DNA of 57,999 bases, filler included, from Basidiobolus ranarum (Eukaryota): NCBI GenBank assembly GCA_040143965.1. It is 5 parts of 5 records of this genome, joined end to end, with 100 filler letters (N's around TTAATTAATTAA, not from the genome) between each part and the next. Parts side by side here need not be neighbours in the genome. Positions count along the whole stretch, not along the records: positions 34,910 to 46,406 come from JASJQH010000607.1; positions 46,507 to 57,999 come from JASJQH010000608.1; 3 more parts are not named here. One strand, given 5' to 3'. The notes beneath the pieces were generated by a model that ran no database searches, was not told the origin of the DNA, and saw nothing but the letters and a program-made list of their open reading frames with translations. How positions within the stretch are numbered: the stretch's first letter is position 1; every line of letters begins with the position of its first letter. This document shows, piece after piece, positions 36,778-51,189 of this stretch. Both the position numbers and the translations under genes were made by a program.

Positions 36778-38717
36778 ATGGAAGAGAAGCTTAGAGTCGA
36801 AAATGCTGAACTCCGTAGAGAGTTGGAGATGTTGAAGCAGGAACTGACCCTCTTGAAGGAACAGAAAGAAACTACAAAATCAGATAACTCTAAAGCACAT
36901 GAATTCGACGGACTAACAAACCCAGAAATTCTTCGCTATGGTCGTCAATTGATTCTCCCAAGTATTGGTATTCAAGGTATTAGTCCACTTTACTTTAAAA
37001 TGAACATAGATCAGGCTGTATTAACGAGATATCCTAGGCCAGACAAAGCTCAAGAAAGCCTCTGTGTTGGTTGTTGGTGCTGGAGGTTTAGGCTCACCCT
37101 GTATTCTTTATCTGTCTGCTGCTGGAGTTGGTAAATATTGCTTTAGTAGATCTACCCTGAACATACTTCTTTTGCTAACATTTGACTATTAGGTCGACTT
37201 GGAATCGTTGATCATGATGTTGTTGACGAAACGAACCTTCATCGTCAAATTATCCACGATGAAAGTAGAGAAGGAACTTCTAAGGCGTTCTCGGCCAAGA
37301 CATCGGCCAATAAGTAAGCTGTAGTTACTAACTATTTTATCTGCTATAATGCTAACTAAAGCGAACTGCAGATTGAATTCATTTTGTCAGGTTGAGGTAT
37401 ACGATACCTTGTTTAACAGCACCAATGCTCTAGAGATCATTCAACAGTAAGTTATACTCGCCCCTCTCTATTGATACTCAAGCAATTAAATAGTCGTTGT
37501 ATGGCATGACAAGGTACGATGTGGTGGTTGATTGTACCGATAATGTTGCGACTAGATATCTTATCAATGATGCCTGTGTCTTAGCTGGCAAGCCCCTTGT
37601 TTCTGGAAGTTCAGTTCGTATGGATGGACAGGTATCTTTGAATTTGGGATAGTAAAACCGCTGGAGAAATACTGACCTTGTATGTATTTCAGTTGACTAT
37701 TTACAACTTCAATGGAGGGCCTTGCTATCGATGCTTGTTCCCCACTCCCCCTCCTCCCGAATCGGTTACTAACTGCAGTGATGGTGGTGTTTTGGGCGTC
37801 GGTAAGTAACTACGCACCTGCTCTTAATATGGTTATATCATCAAGCTAACACAAAACCATTATTTCGTCCAGTCCCTGGTGTTATTGGTTGTCTAGAAGC
37901 ATTGGAAACCATCAAGATAATCACCGGATTAAATGGTTTGTTTTCAACGAATCTACGTGTATGCAGAGATGAAATATTGAGCTGAATCTCCTTATTCGAT
38001 CTAGATGACTACAAACCTAGCTTGTTAATCTTTTCCGCCTCACACGCACCACCTTTCCGCTCCATCAAATTGAGAGGAAGGAAGAGTGATTGTGCCGTTT
38101 GCGGTGATAACCCTACTGTCACCGGTTTAATCGATTATGTGCAGTTTTGCGGAAGTAGCGCAATAGATAAGGTTTGTAATTGAAATTTGAACTTTGGATT
38201 GGAGTATTTATTAACGTTACTGGCATGTGTGTTACGCTAGACCCCAGCCTTGAACCTTTTGGATTCCTCTGAGCGTATCACTTGTAAAGAATATTCTCAA
38301 ATTGTGAATGAAAAGCAGCCCCATTTAATACTGGATTGCCGAGATAAAGTACAATTTGATATCTGTAGCTTACCCAACTCCAAACGTAAGTCGCCTCAAA
38401 AGACATTTATTCATTTGCCATTGAAAAAAATTAACGGTATTGATAAATCCGATAGATATTCCTTTAACTCAGCTAGAGAAGAAGATTGACGAACTCAATG
38501 AGTACGATCGAAACGCTCCAGGTTAGTTATTTTACATGGATTCAGAAGCAACAATATTCTCATAAAACATTCAGTGTATATTGTCTGTCGACGCGGACAA
38601 GATTCTCAAGTAGCTGTTCGTGTGTTGCAGAACCATGGTTGGACTAACGCTAAGGATATCATTGGAGGACTCCAGTCGTGGACCAAAGATGTTGATCCCA
38701 CCTTCCCATTATACTAA
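36778..38717 (+). CDS. UBA4: Adenylyltransferase/sulfurtransferase Uba4/MOCS3 (multi-exon)
   Basis: [45 protein letters not shown] and [17 protein letters not shown], then a C-terminal rhodanese domain VCRRGQDSQ...DPTFPLY*. Confidence 0.96.
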
Positions 38718-39949
38718 ACAGGTCACGTATTCACTTACCGTCGAGACTCATAGAGCATATGGAAGGAATAATTTGGAAACTTCTATACTGAGAGAGTAGT
38801 AAAGACAATAGATATTTGAAAGTTTTGTAGTATTAAGTGATATTGGTGATTCTTCTCACACTTCCTCCCTCTTTCAATGTCAATAACTTAGTTCTCGTAA
38901 TTAAACTTCAAAAAAACAAGCATGGAAGGAACTGAGCATCAGATATATTTTCTATGACTCGCAATCTACACAGTTACGGTTACCATCTAGAATAGATGCA
39001 CTACATTGTAGTTACTGTGCTCAACTACTTAGTAAGCAATGACTGTTAATGGGGACCCTTGTGTGCTGCTTTCATATATCGCCTCCATGTACCAGAGTGT
39101 TACAGAGGAAAGAATCTGTATCATTCACAATAACAATGATGCGCAATGATAGATATCGAGCCACCTCGATTGCCTACCAAACACATCTTTCTTCCGCAAG
39201 AATGAGATGATCTGTGTCCCAATCAACAGGTGATTTGATGATTAGGTGTTTCTTTGAACCCAGGTATCTCACGCTCTCACAATATGGCGATGTAGCGAAT
39301 GAGTGATCAGTACTTCAATCCGTGATTTACTATATGGAGCTCAGCATGGCTAGAGTACTTATATATATGGATGCTTGGGGTGGACTACTTTATTTAAGAC
39401 TCAGATCACATCTCCCGAGAAGCCGGCTGAGATACTCCAGATCAAAGTGATTTGCACTGTAAGAAACACGTTTCTCAACAGAATGAAAATGCTTGGAGAA
39501 CCAGTCGAGCCAAATATCAAAAAGATGCGAATGCCCCAGCTATGGTTTGAGTCACTAGGAACTATCCTGTGAAATGAGGTGAACCACAGATTCCCATACA
39601 ATGGCTGTCCGAAATGTTGATTAAAAAGATTGGATAGCACAGAATCTTGAGGTGTCACGTATTTAAATATTCGTTACACTGACACGCACCAAATAAAGTA
39701 CCACATATAGCCAGAGGATGTTATCAGTATGTTAGATTTAATCAAGGGAACTTTACTTTTTGGGCTGCTAGCGAGATAGCGTAAAAACAATCAGCTGTGA
39801 TGATAATGCATATGTACATGTCTTGGTGATGAGAAGTGTGCAGTCGCCTGCTCTTTTAGAAAGCGTTCTGAGCTTAGAGCAGAGTTATCATACCATATAT
39901 ATTACGGAGGAATCAATCCAACATTCACAATTTTGCTCAAGACTGGTTT

Positions 39950-41248
39950 TTATGATGTACGTGATAAATTGTAGTTACCAGCTGGTGAGCGCCCTGCCTC
40001 GATAAATGTGTAGTTAGTATCACTTACTCGTCGGGCCACTATATATGCTGAGGCAAGTCCAACGTAAAGCAATGCCCAGTTGATTCCAACAATGGCGGTT
40101 GGAACGACGGATGTTGCATCTAAATACCAGGAAATCGCTGTGCCTGCTGATTGAATTGCCTTGTAAATGCCAGCGTAGCGAGACAGAATCATTGCATTAT
40201 TGGTCAATGTGCCCATCATCCAGTAGCACCAAGTCTGGATCATGGCATCAGAGAAGCCCGAAAGAAGGAACAATACTAATAATGCCGCGTATTCGTCATC
40301 AAGGAGGTCTACCACAGAAAGCGTGTTATCAAGGTGCTTGATCTCAACAAACAGACAACCAATCCATGATGCAGTGTAGAACAGCACGATAAATGCGAGT
40401 CCCAGCACAGCCCGCTTCGAGCGAAGGAAAAGCGGATTGTCTAGAAACTGTCCAAACGTAAAGGCTCCCAACATTTGAGATGCCCAGTAGAATATGTTAT
40501 TGAAGGTACGTGTTCTTGGTGTGAAAAAGTCCCTAATCAGATCTCCAAATCCGTAGCTATAAAACCAATTAGAGTAAAGAAAGATGGGCCACAGTAAGAG
40601 GAGATTTCGGTTGGTAATGGCACCAACAAGCTGGCGTAACTCATGGGAAAGGCTAAATCCAGTCTTGGAAGTAACTCTCGACCCATCATCACGGATAACT
40701 CGTGCAGGAGAAACGAGAAAATAGACTAGTAATACACCAAGAACCATGAGACAGATGAAACTAATGGTAACGATCTGAAAGTTAAAATCAAGTAAAGGTA
40801 GAAACCCGCCGAAGAAAGCGCCTATATTAAATAGAATCCAAAAGATACCGAAAAAACGGCCTTTCTGGTTTTCCATGGGATATGAAGTAATGATCATGCC
40901 CGCAGCCGACCACAATAGAGCTGAGCCAAAACCGACAAACACAGCACCAGCAATGGTCAACTTGGTGTTCAATATCCGGGTATAGGTCCAAAGCAAGAAT
41001 ACATATATGATATACGTTAAACTAGCAACGATTATAGAGACGCGAGGACCGAGTAAATTGTTGATTGAACCCGCAAAAATTGCAGATATAGAGCAACTGG
41101 CATACAGCGCAATGTTTACACGTCGAGAGTCGTCAAAGCTCATTGTACCTAGGGTCCCGACTCCGTAGTAAACATTATATACACCTACAATGAAGCAGCA
41201 GATTAGGCCTAATATTATGAGTTGACTCAAAGGATTGTCGCATCTCAT
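39950..41248 (-). CDS. UNC-93-like MFS membrane protein, intronless
   Basis: Q-I-LGLICC, GSINNLLGPR, ALLWSAAGMIITSYPMENQKGRFFGIFW, YSNWFYSY, RTRTFNNIFYW and RYAGIYKAIQSAG are typical of fungal UNC-93/DUF895 proteins. Confidence 0.88.
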   Translation of the reverse strand: MRCDNPLSQLIILGLICCFIVGVYNVYYGVGTLGTMSFDDSRRVNIALYASCSISAIFAGSINNLLGPRVSIIVASLTYIIYVFLLWTYTRILNTKLTIAGAVFVGFGSALLWSAAGMIITSYPMENQKGRFFGIFWILFNIGAFFGGFLPLLDFNFQIVTISFICLMVLGVLLVYFLVSPARVIRDDGSRVTSKTGFSLSHELRQLVGAITNRNLLLLWPIFLYSNWFYSYGFGDLIRDFFTPRTRTFNNIFYWASQMLGAFTFGQFLDNPLFLRSKRAVLGLAFIVLFYTASWIGCLFVEIKHLDNTLSVVDLLDDEYAALLVLFLLSGFSDAMIQTWCYWMMGTLTNNAMILSRYAGIYKAIQSAGTAISWYLDATSVVPTAIVGINWALLYVGLASAYIVARRVSDTNYTFIEAGRSPAGNYNLSRTS

Positions 41249-43010
41249 GTTCCAAGAACAGGATATCAAGTGATAGCTTGACTGTTTGACAAAATAAGAA
41301 GCCTAGCCACTTCTAGAAAGCACAGCACTATCTAAACGATGAAGCTCGAAAAAGAGCAGAGTTATTGATAATTACCACCATGAACAGACTCGGGAAGGAT
41401 ATTTATAAGCCAGCTCAAAGCCGAATTTAGGCATTCACATCAACCAAGATGGCCATCATTGGCCCTTGGATGAAACATTTTTTCGAGAAAGTTAATTGGG
41501 ACTTTTCTAAATTAAACCTTGCAGGAGGCAAGATGTATGGTCCAGAAAAATTTTGATTTGCCCATGCTACATCATGTATGGAGCCATTGATCCAAGAGAC
41601 CTTGAGTAACCCCCTTTGCTCCTGAACAAAACAGGCTATTGTTCGAAGCTTTCTCATAAATGGCTGACTCCACTTGTACGGATTGTCTAGTGAAACTTGG
41701 CTTGTCACCTCAAGTACCACACTTCCGATCGCATGGTACCTATAGTCTACAGTAATTCAACGAGCATTTCCTTATATATCTAGCGAAATATCACACAGCG
41801 CGAGAGATCTGAACAAAATGAAACCAGCTTGACAAGAATGGCTGAGCATCTTTAATCGGATCGCACAGTCAATTATATTCAAGCACTTTGCTGAGCTTTA
41901 TCTGCCCTGCCCTACCCAGCGTAAATCATCATAAGTCACAATATTCCCTAATCGGTGTAGTATTCCAGAATCAGACAGTCGCAGCTGATGTTGCTGGATC
42001 ATCAGCAATGAAGGCTTCTCGGGAATTTTGCACCAATAGCTCCGGCTGTATCGAATACAGGTAGGTAGGACAGTGGCTGACAAACGAAGGTGATATGCTT
42101 TGATTCAAACTAACTTACCAACCGACAAGTTGTTCTCACAAGAATATGTCTCTGGGCGAAGCAACTACAATGGGCCCTCGCTGAGTAAGACAATGCATCA
42201 GGAATATTGTCAAGGAAATCAAGCTTGTCGCTTCTCTATCCTTATGGCTGGCGCCATCACTAACCAGAATCACCAAGTCGTCAAAGGCTCGCACACCAAA
42301 TTAGACACATGGATCAAGATCCCTTTTCTTTAGCAGCAAGGTCCGTAGTAGTAGAGACGTGCACCCTATTCAAGTAGGAGCAGCTTGTTTGCAACATGAA
42401 TCTAACATTGCCACTCAATCAAAGATATCAGTGCCATCACTTTGGATTGAGGTAATTTTAACACAACATGGGAGAAATATGATGTGGTTGGGATAATTGC
42501 AGTTAACACTTGTAATGATGCTCATAGTGCAGCTGTTTACAGGAATTCTAACTTGGTCATGATTGTAGATAAAGTATCTTTCTGGGCTTGAGCCATTGTA
42601 GGCTTCCAACCCATGCATTAAGTGTCTACTACAGTGTCAGTTTTTAAAATACCAAGAGCTTATTAGCTGTGCTTATAGAAGTCTGAGAGGATCTATCAAA
42701 CGTTAGACCCCGTCTTGACTCTGTTAATGTCAGTACTAAGCAACTCAACAATACAGCCTCATGGTCAAAGGTTAAAGACCTAGCTATACTAATTAGTGAA
42801 TCATTTGAACTGAGATCCTGCTATGGTTGGAATATCAGTCATATTAAACCTATTTCTAATTTTCTGCAATAGAATCAATCATTTAGGACGACTAATAGTA
42901 CCCTAATGGGGGCCTATCGGAAATGACTCATAGCATGCTGGAGAGTAGTGAGGATAGCTATTTCTCTTTTGATTTGAACTTAACACTCCATATACCTTCA
43001 AGTAGTAACA

Positions 43011-43667
43011 ATGGTGAAGCCTTCCACTTTTCGGGCAACTGCTTGGGATCCTTTGCTAATCATAAGCCAAATAGTCACTTTACAATGTCTTTGCTACTTA
43101 TCTGCTTCTCTCATCACTTTAATCATCGCCGGTCTCACTGGTGCTGACATCACTTTAGATAATCTATTCAATTTTAGAGAATATAGAGGAGACACCGTAT
43201 TTGGTTGGACACTTGCAGCTGGTTGGCTGGCAAATTCAGCATTCGGGTAAGATTTCCTTTCTAAAATATTTTGAACTTGACATCCCTTTAAGTTTAACGA
43301 TGGTTCTACATAAATAACTTATAGGGCATTTCTCTTGCTTCACATCGTTGAACGTGCCAAACTATGTTTGGATTTTACCCTTACCTTTCATTTCTTTCAC
43401 CTTCTTTTCACCTCTTTGTATTCGCAGCAAGTTCCTTCGCACATAATGTGGTGGACTCTAAATATTGTTTCTTGTTGCTTAATGAGCATTGGTGGAGAAT
43501 GGGTTTGCATGCATAGAGAAATGACTCCGATTCAACTAGGAGGCGGTTCTTCAAGCGAAGCTAGCAGTAGCCGTTCGAATTCCGATAGAAATAAGCGCAA
43601 AACTTCCTCGCCTACTTACGAAATGTTACCTCTGGAGGAAGTAGATGAAGGAGGAAGATCCTTATGA
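43011..43667 (+). CDS. SYS1: Golgi membrane protein Sys1
   Basis: FRATAWDPLLIISQIVTLQCLCY, intron 43247-43324, then IVERAKLCLDF and GEWVCMHREMTPI. Confidence 0.93.
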
Positions 43668-44094
43668 ACCTAAATCTCCTACTCCATTCCAAGTACTGTA
43701 TATATAGTGACGCTGAACTTGATTTTATACGTGTAAACTACTGTGCGAAGAGTAACTATACTATCTTCTTTCTTGTCTCACCTTTTCAACAATCTAAAAT
43801 GTCTTTGGGAAATCCAAACAACATAAAATGTAACTCATTTCTAACTTCTGCCAAAATAAATAATTATCACTACACGCATACTGTAGAAAGTGAAATTGAA
43901 GAGAGAAGGTGATGTCTTTTGGTATCAAGTGCTGTACTTACTGTTAGAGCTCTCTGTCCTAAGATGCATCCTTTAGTGATCTTTTAAGAATCGGTATTTA
44001 CGATTGGCAAGAGCATTGTTTTATTCTTGTTGTCTAATCTAGATTAATTGAAAGTAAATATGAAGATGCAGTATTAACACTTGTGGAGGAAGTT

Positions 44095-45030
44095 TCAGCT
44101 CCTTGATTTTTTGATGATATCTTCACATTTACGAACGATGTGAGCCAGCTTCATATTTGATATGTCTAGAATTTGAGTATTCTCATCAAGTGTGCTGAAG
44201 GTTTTACTAATTTTGTCGTGATGTATCAATCCATTACGAAGTTTTTCCAAGTCAATATTTAGATTCTTTGCTTTTGCTCTGCGCATCTCAAGTTTCATTC
44301 GGGTCTCTAAATCAGCCTGAAGGAATATTGAAACATCGCAAGGGGTCTGAAGTCTGGTCATATACGTTGAAAAAACCACCCCTTGAGCTTCATGCTCGCA
44401 GATAACTCTAGCGACTCGGTCAAGTAAAGCTTTCTGGACCGACGGAGTTTCTTGAAGTCGCTTTGTAATAGCTGCTAGTGGTTTTAAGCCAAGAGTTGCC
44501 GCTGTTATATCATCTCTATCAACGAATATTTTGTAGTCTAGTTTTGGATCATATATACACTCAATCTCAGTGTCTCGGATGAAGTTCAAAATTTTTTCAG
44601 GTTGCATCATATGTTTGTATGAAGGGGCCTTGTTGGTAGCCTAGAATTGGAGTTTGCGGTTAAAAAAGTTGTTCAGCTAAGAAGTGAATGGATTTATCTA
44701 CCTTGAAGACAATAGCTTTCAGTATTTCGAGTACAGGGATATATTGGTATTCAACCTTCTTGGCTAAAGCTCGGGCAATAGTACCACTTCCAATTCCCAA
44801 CGGGGCTTCTACCTATGAAGCACAAAGTCATTCTTTAGCAAATCTTCCTGAAGCAATCTAAATTGTAACCTTCTATGTACCTTTACTATGTGTGTAGTAG
44901 AGAGATAGTTGCTAGTAGAGAATAGTCGAGGTTGAATTCCCCTAAAGGTTAATATTCCTCTCTTTGCGACAAACATGAGTTTGATGAGTTTGCTTGTCAG
45001 AGTTGGAGCTATAAGCCTAGTGCTTATCAT
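44095..45030 (-). CDS. Bacterial-type cytidylate-kinase-fold protein with a mitochondrial presequence and degenerate catalytic motifs (~268 aa)
   Basis: Exons 45030-44881, 44812-44702 and 44640-44095 join in frame. IVKVEAPLGIGSGTIARALAKKVEYQYI, KIFVDRDDIT, VSIFLQADLETR and ILDISNM follow the Cmk motif order. Confidence 0.7.
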
Positions 45031-45480
45031 TTTAACTAATTCTGCTAAAAATCATTGTGGTACCCCGCAAAATTTTGAATCAAGTTTCTGTTAGATCCTT
45101 TAATTTATTATTCACTGCAAACATTTCGACTGCTCTAATAAGTGAATACATGAAATACCATGGAAGTTTGACTCCACATTTGGGTTACAGTAATTATCAT
45201 TGATATTCAACGCCAAATGAAAGCAAGCTGGAGTAATATATACTCGGATATCCAAAGTTGTTGGAGCTATGGTCACAACCTGGTATAAGGTATTCATGAC
45301 GTGAAATTGACTGAAGAATGCAAACTACAATGAGATCGATTTCGAAATGTCTATTAAAGTATATTTGAATATCTTTGTTTTTTTTCGATCGATGCTTATG
45401 CCGATTAAAAATATGAAGTACATGCAATGGAAAGAATGAGAGGAACATATATGGATAAAGGAGACGACACAAGAAAAGAA

Positions 45481-45941
45481 TTATTTTCCAAGACGCTTTC
45501 TCAAAGCACGAGTATTCTTTCTAAGCTTCTTGTACTTGTGCTTGTTCATCTTCAGTTTTCTCTTTCTCAATATACTGGTCATCATAATGGTCTCCTTGGG
45601 AGCCTCTGGAGTTTGATATTTCTGCTTGATGGTCTCTAGAAAATCAATAACTGTCTTCCGTTGATTCTCAACTTCAATGGCTCTTATTTTGGGAGCTTGG
45701 ATAGGATAAGTCATCAAAGGAGAGGCACTAATAGAAGTACATCCTATTTTCAAATGGATTTAGTTAAAGTATATTTAACTGTCAAATTCTTTATGCTCTT
45801 ACCTCTCTGAGAACCAACGACTTGGGCACCGGAAAATAAACTGACGGGCTTAACAGAAACAGTTGGAGTTGAATAGAAGACCTTTAATACTCCTTTCGGA
45901 GCCTGAGCAACACTCGAAAACGCACGGCTTAGAAGACTCAT
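45481..45941 (-). CDS. COX24: Mitochondrial small ribosomal subunit protein mS38/Cox24
   Basis: Presequence-like N-terminus, one intron, and C-terminal TSILRKRKLKMNKHKYKKLRKNTRALRKRLGK (DUF1713). Confidence 0.92.
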
Positions 45942-46406
45942 TTCCACGATATTCCAAATCTAATATACAGATGAGATAAGAGCAGGCCAGTTTCAACACA
46001 ATGTCAACCTCTGCAATGTACAAAATTTTCCCATGTCACTTGCAAATCACATGAACGGAAACACGTGACTTGGTTAATGCGTACCTGATCAATCCAAGAA
46101 TAAAAGGTATTTATACATAAAACTCAGGCGTGAGGTTAGATACAATATATTTATTGATTTATAGAAATATCACTGGAAAAGAATTAATCGTAGGAAGCAA
46201 AGCCGCAGATAGTTATGGCACAACTGACCCTTAAGAAACTTACTACTGATTAGTAGAATTTTGAGTCTGATTAGCAGTGTCGGCAACTGTTTCTGTAGCA
46301 GACTCTACTCTTGGATACACCCACTGATAGAATCGCTGAAGTAGATTAAAACCAAATTTAAAACTTTGGTAAGTTCCCACTCCTACCAAAGCTATAAAAG
46401 CTGCAG

Positions 46407-46506
46407 NNNNNNNNNNNNNNNNNNNNNNNNNNNNNNNNNNNNNNNNNNNNTTAATTAATTAANNNNNNNNNNNNNNNNNNNNNNNNNNNNNNNNNNNNNN
46501 NNNNNN
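46407..46506. other. Artificial contig spacer
   Basis: N44-TTAATTAATTAA-N44. Confidence 0.98.
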
Positions 46507-46580
46507 AAATTCTACCCGGGAGTCTAATTCTAGTCTTAATAGTAGAGAAGTATTATGAACTCGGCGGTAACTAGGTATCA

Positions 46581-46920
46581 TTATGATTTATTCTGGTGGC
46601 TCGAAATATGTGTACACCAAACAATCGGATTGGTTTTTGATATGACTACTCTACTCAAATTTCCATTTCCAAACAATATGTTACTAGGCTGTATTGATGA
46701 ACAAATGGAGGTATCTACACCTTTGCTTATCCTCGATTTCATGGTTCTTAAAGCACCGTGATAATTAATATATCCACCGACATGATAGCAATACATTGTT
46801 TTCTTACTATGGATACTGGCCAGACACTGATACAAGTAGAAGACTGCAATCACTGCATAGAAGTAATCTGGAAGTCACCTATAAACGTTCAAGTGTAGGG
46901 GCTTCAAAGCCGCAGTGTGT
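46581..46920 (-). pseudogene. Possible decayed protein-kinase fragment
   Basis: LYQCLASIHSK and IQPSNILF...RVVIS resemble kinase subdomains VIa-VII, but HRD and DFG are absent. Confidence 0.25.
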
Positions 46921-48250
46921 TCTAATATCAATGAGCTTGGAGAATCGCTTGTTCATGTATATGCATCTGCTACTGAATGGATCTATCAATATCTATCCAG
47001 AGTGTCACATTGACAGTAGCCCATATAGAGTTAGAGAGACCTTCAGAATTTCATTCATGGCCACGCAGCAACAACACCAGTTTAATAGAATCCATCAATG
47101 TAACTTAGGCCCCGGAGAATGTGTATTCAATCAGCGTTACGCTTGTGCATGGATCTGAGTATCTCTTCGTCAATTGCCTTCAGCATGAAGAACAAGTGAC
47201 ACCAAACGGGAACTGAAATCATGCAAATATTGCCGTCAAGAGCTCACTGTCTTATCTAGAGACTTCTAGAGGTGTTGAGCTCATGCTGAAGGCCTTCAGA
47301 GATGACTTGATCCGATTGCTTAATTCTAATGATCGTTTGCAGCACAGCCAACTTCCACGATCTTCAATAGAATAATCCATAGGAGGAATAGCGCTTATGA
47401 TGCCTATATATGGATGCCCTATGAGTCCGTGATAGACGCATTGGGACTCGATACTCTCGCTAAAACCTGTTCCTGCCGTATTGGGACTTATGAGTCAATA
47501 ATGTCTGTCTCGAGTCTGCTTTCAGTGACCTCTTAGGCCTATATTGAGTATGCTCCAGAACAATCTGCGTTAGGATTTGTAGTATATTAGGAATGGGATG
47601 ACGATTGGTATCTAGATAGATACCTTTTCGAACACCCTCACCATTTTGTCTCTCATTTCCTCGCCAACGTTGCTTTCTGAGATCAATCATGTATAGCTCA
47701 AGACCTTCTTACAAACTTTTCCAAGGAAAAACAGAATATCAACCATATACTTGCAACTCTCGCTATTTATCTTCAATATAACTATTTGCTTCGCGCGTCA
47801 ACTTTGCTAACCGATGTAGCCCGTTCCCCTCAATACCATCATCTTCGGTTAGTAATTGTAACACCTGCAGGCAAAAGCAGCTCTCACTGTGTCGTCAAAT
47901 TTCCAGACAAATAGATCCACCTGAGCTTGGTAATGTTGGGTTTTATATACTTTAGATTCACTTTAATATATACTTACGTTTTGGGCCATTAGCATCCATG
48001 TTTGAGGTTCGTTATACGATCTCGATGAATGCACCAATAGAATTTTCTGGACTGAGATATGATGGAGCACATTGATAAGATGACTAGTGTGCAATCTAAT
48101 TTATATTATTCGCAGAAAAGTATATATTCTAGAGCTTTCTCCTCCAGACTCTAGTATCAACTTCTCTTGTCACATACAAATCCCGTTTTACCCTCGTTAT
48201 CACATCTTTGGATTGAACCTCTTTGTGTCAAAGAAGCTAACAACGTGTAA

Positions 48251-49046
<796 letters not shown>

Positions 49047-51189
49047 CAACTTGCAAATTTTAGCTATATGCCATGTTCAACTGTTATCGCATTAGACTTT
49101 CTCACCTAAATCGCCGTCGATCAAACTTCCTATCAGTACTCCACCTTTGTTGTACGTTCTACTCAACACTGAAGCCTCAGTCTACAACTATACTTAACAC
49201 AAAAATTGGCTCTTTGGTGCTAACGGATTCATAGCTGGTATATGAAGGCAAAGCGGTGTTTATTATTCGCACTGATCAAGTAGACGTTTATGCTGTAATA
49301 TAGCCTTATCAACTATTCGTACCTACCCACTATTACTTTGAAGTGTATTGATTCGTTATAGATTTTGAAATTCTTAGGGTTAGGTTGGTATACTATTCAG
49401 GGTTGAATGATAACACCTTTCTCCTCATTTGAGCTTTCTCTTTGCTAATGGTATTGCCATATTTCGCTTATATAATTTCTAACTCCTGTACATATATTTA
49501 CACGATATACTTTGGTATTCTCCCTGAAGTCGGTCATTAATTCCACTCTATTCAGAGTGATATGGATTGAAAACATGTTTATTTCTCCAAACACCATTTA
49601 GTATCAATGAAGTCATCGACATGCCGCTCCTTAAACCTTTATACATCCTAAGATTAATACTAAACAAACCTGCATATCAAAAGCAAGCAAACATCCACAC
49701 GATTCAATACATCTCTTGGAGCCTTCAGAATCTTCCAAAACTACGAACTAGATGATCTTTTGCTAACGAAGAGGTTTATTTCTAATGCACCCTCAGGTTG
49801 GCCTGTTTTTGATTAGAAGAACGATTCGTGGTTTCCAATTTGTTCGTAGTAATATGGATACGTCCCAGTGGCTGAACCCATTCGTGTAGGATGCAGTATG
49901 TAATACAATAGATTAATTTCGGACGAAATAGGCAGATATCCAAGTCATTCAAGTTTCGTAAGTGCTGAGCCACGTAGTGATGAGAGCATCAATGAAATCT
50001 TTGGCTATAAATGAGTGTCTCAATATTAGGAGAATATGTTTCATTGCACGCCTATGGAATTCAGTAACAATGATATGAATGGTATTTACTATAGATATCA
50101 GATTAATTAATAGTCAGTAGATCCGATCTTCGTCAGTAATTATTCTCAAGTGGTACTCACAGTGTGTAGCCTCGATTGGCAAAACAATCAGCGTATCTTA
50201 ACTTTACATACAGTAAGCAAAACAGAGCTGATTATTGATATTGGATTAGCAAGTGAGTAGCTGAGGTTGAAATCTGGGTTGTAATTTCATACAAAAGCTG
50301 CTTAGTCCAGGTGACTTTAGATTAATACTCATGATCTAGTGCATTCGTAATCGAGTAGTTTCCTCATCCCTGCCACATCAGCCACCTAATTCCCCTATGT
50401 CTGGTGTTTCTTAATCCTTAAAAGACTAATGATACGATCATTATGAGATGCAGCTACATCAACCAAGCACTGTCACTGTCTTCAGTGCCGATGGAATGTT
50501 GAGAACTATGATGCTATTGAGCACGATTGGGGCTGAGAAGTATCTGGATATCGCTATAAAGAACACGTAACACTAGCGTCGGATACAGTTCATCGTGAGA
50601 TTTAAGGTTCATAAGACGATGTCGAAATGCTATATAGGAAGTGAGACTGATATCAGGGATAAAAGAGATTTCATGAGATGACGGTGGTCAATCCAAATTT
50701 CTGACACTATTCCCATTACATGCTGTATGAACTGATCTCGGGATTAAAAAAGACGATGGTCTATAAATCGCCGATACCCAGCTTTCCTACAGATTACACC
50801 AAATTCATTCTAACAACACTTAGTATAGTAATTCGCAAATATCGAAGGCTAAATCGGGATTCATTGCGCCTATTGTTTGATCTCGCCTCCGAAGGTGGTT
50901 GTTGAGAATGACTGAATGAGCACCAGTTGCTTTAAAGAGAGAAAAAGGTCGGATAATAGCTCTTGGGTTGCCATAATAATAACTCTCGCATTGCCTTCTT
51001 GGTTTACAATGAGATTTGATTACGTAACCAGAATTTTCCAAACAAAATTAGCCGTATTTTGGCAAAGCTTCATATGGTAATCCATAAATATCCCGAGACA
51101 AATCGGGACTTCTTAAGGTGTCCGAGTCCAAATCGGATTCGTACTCTTGGACAACTCTGATAGTGTTGGGAATTTCACATATTAAAACA

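Noticed and set aside
38800-39900. Short ORFs in the intergenic stretches around the UNC-93-like gene (also 41400-42900 and 49500-51100)
   Set aside because: No recognisable domains, splice structure or start context.
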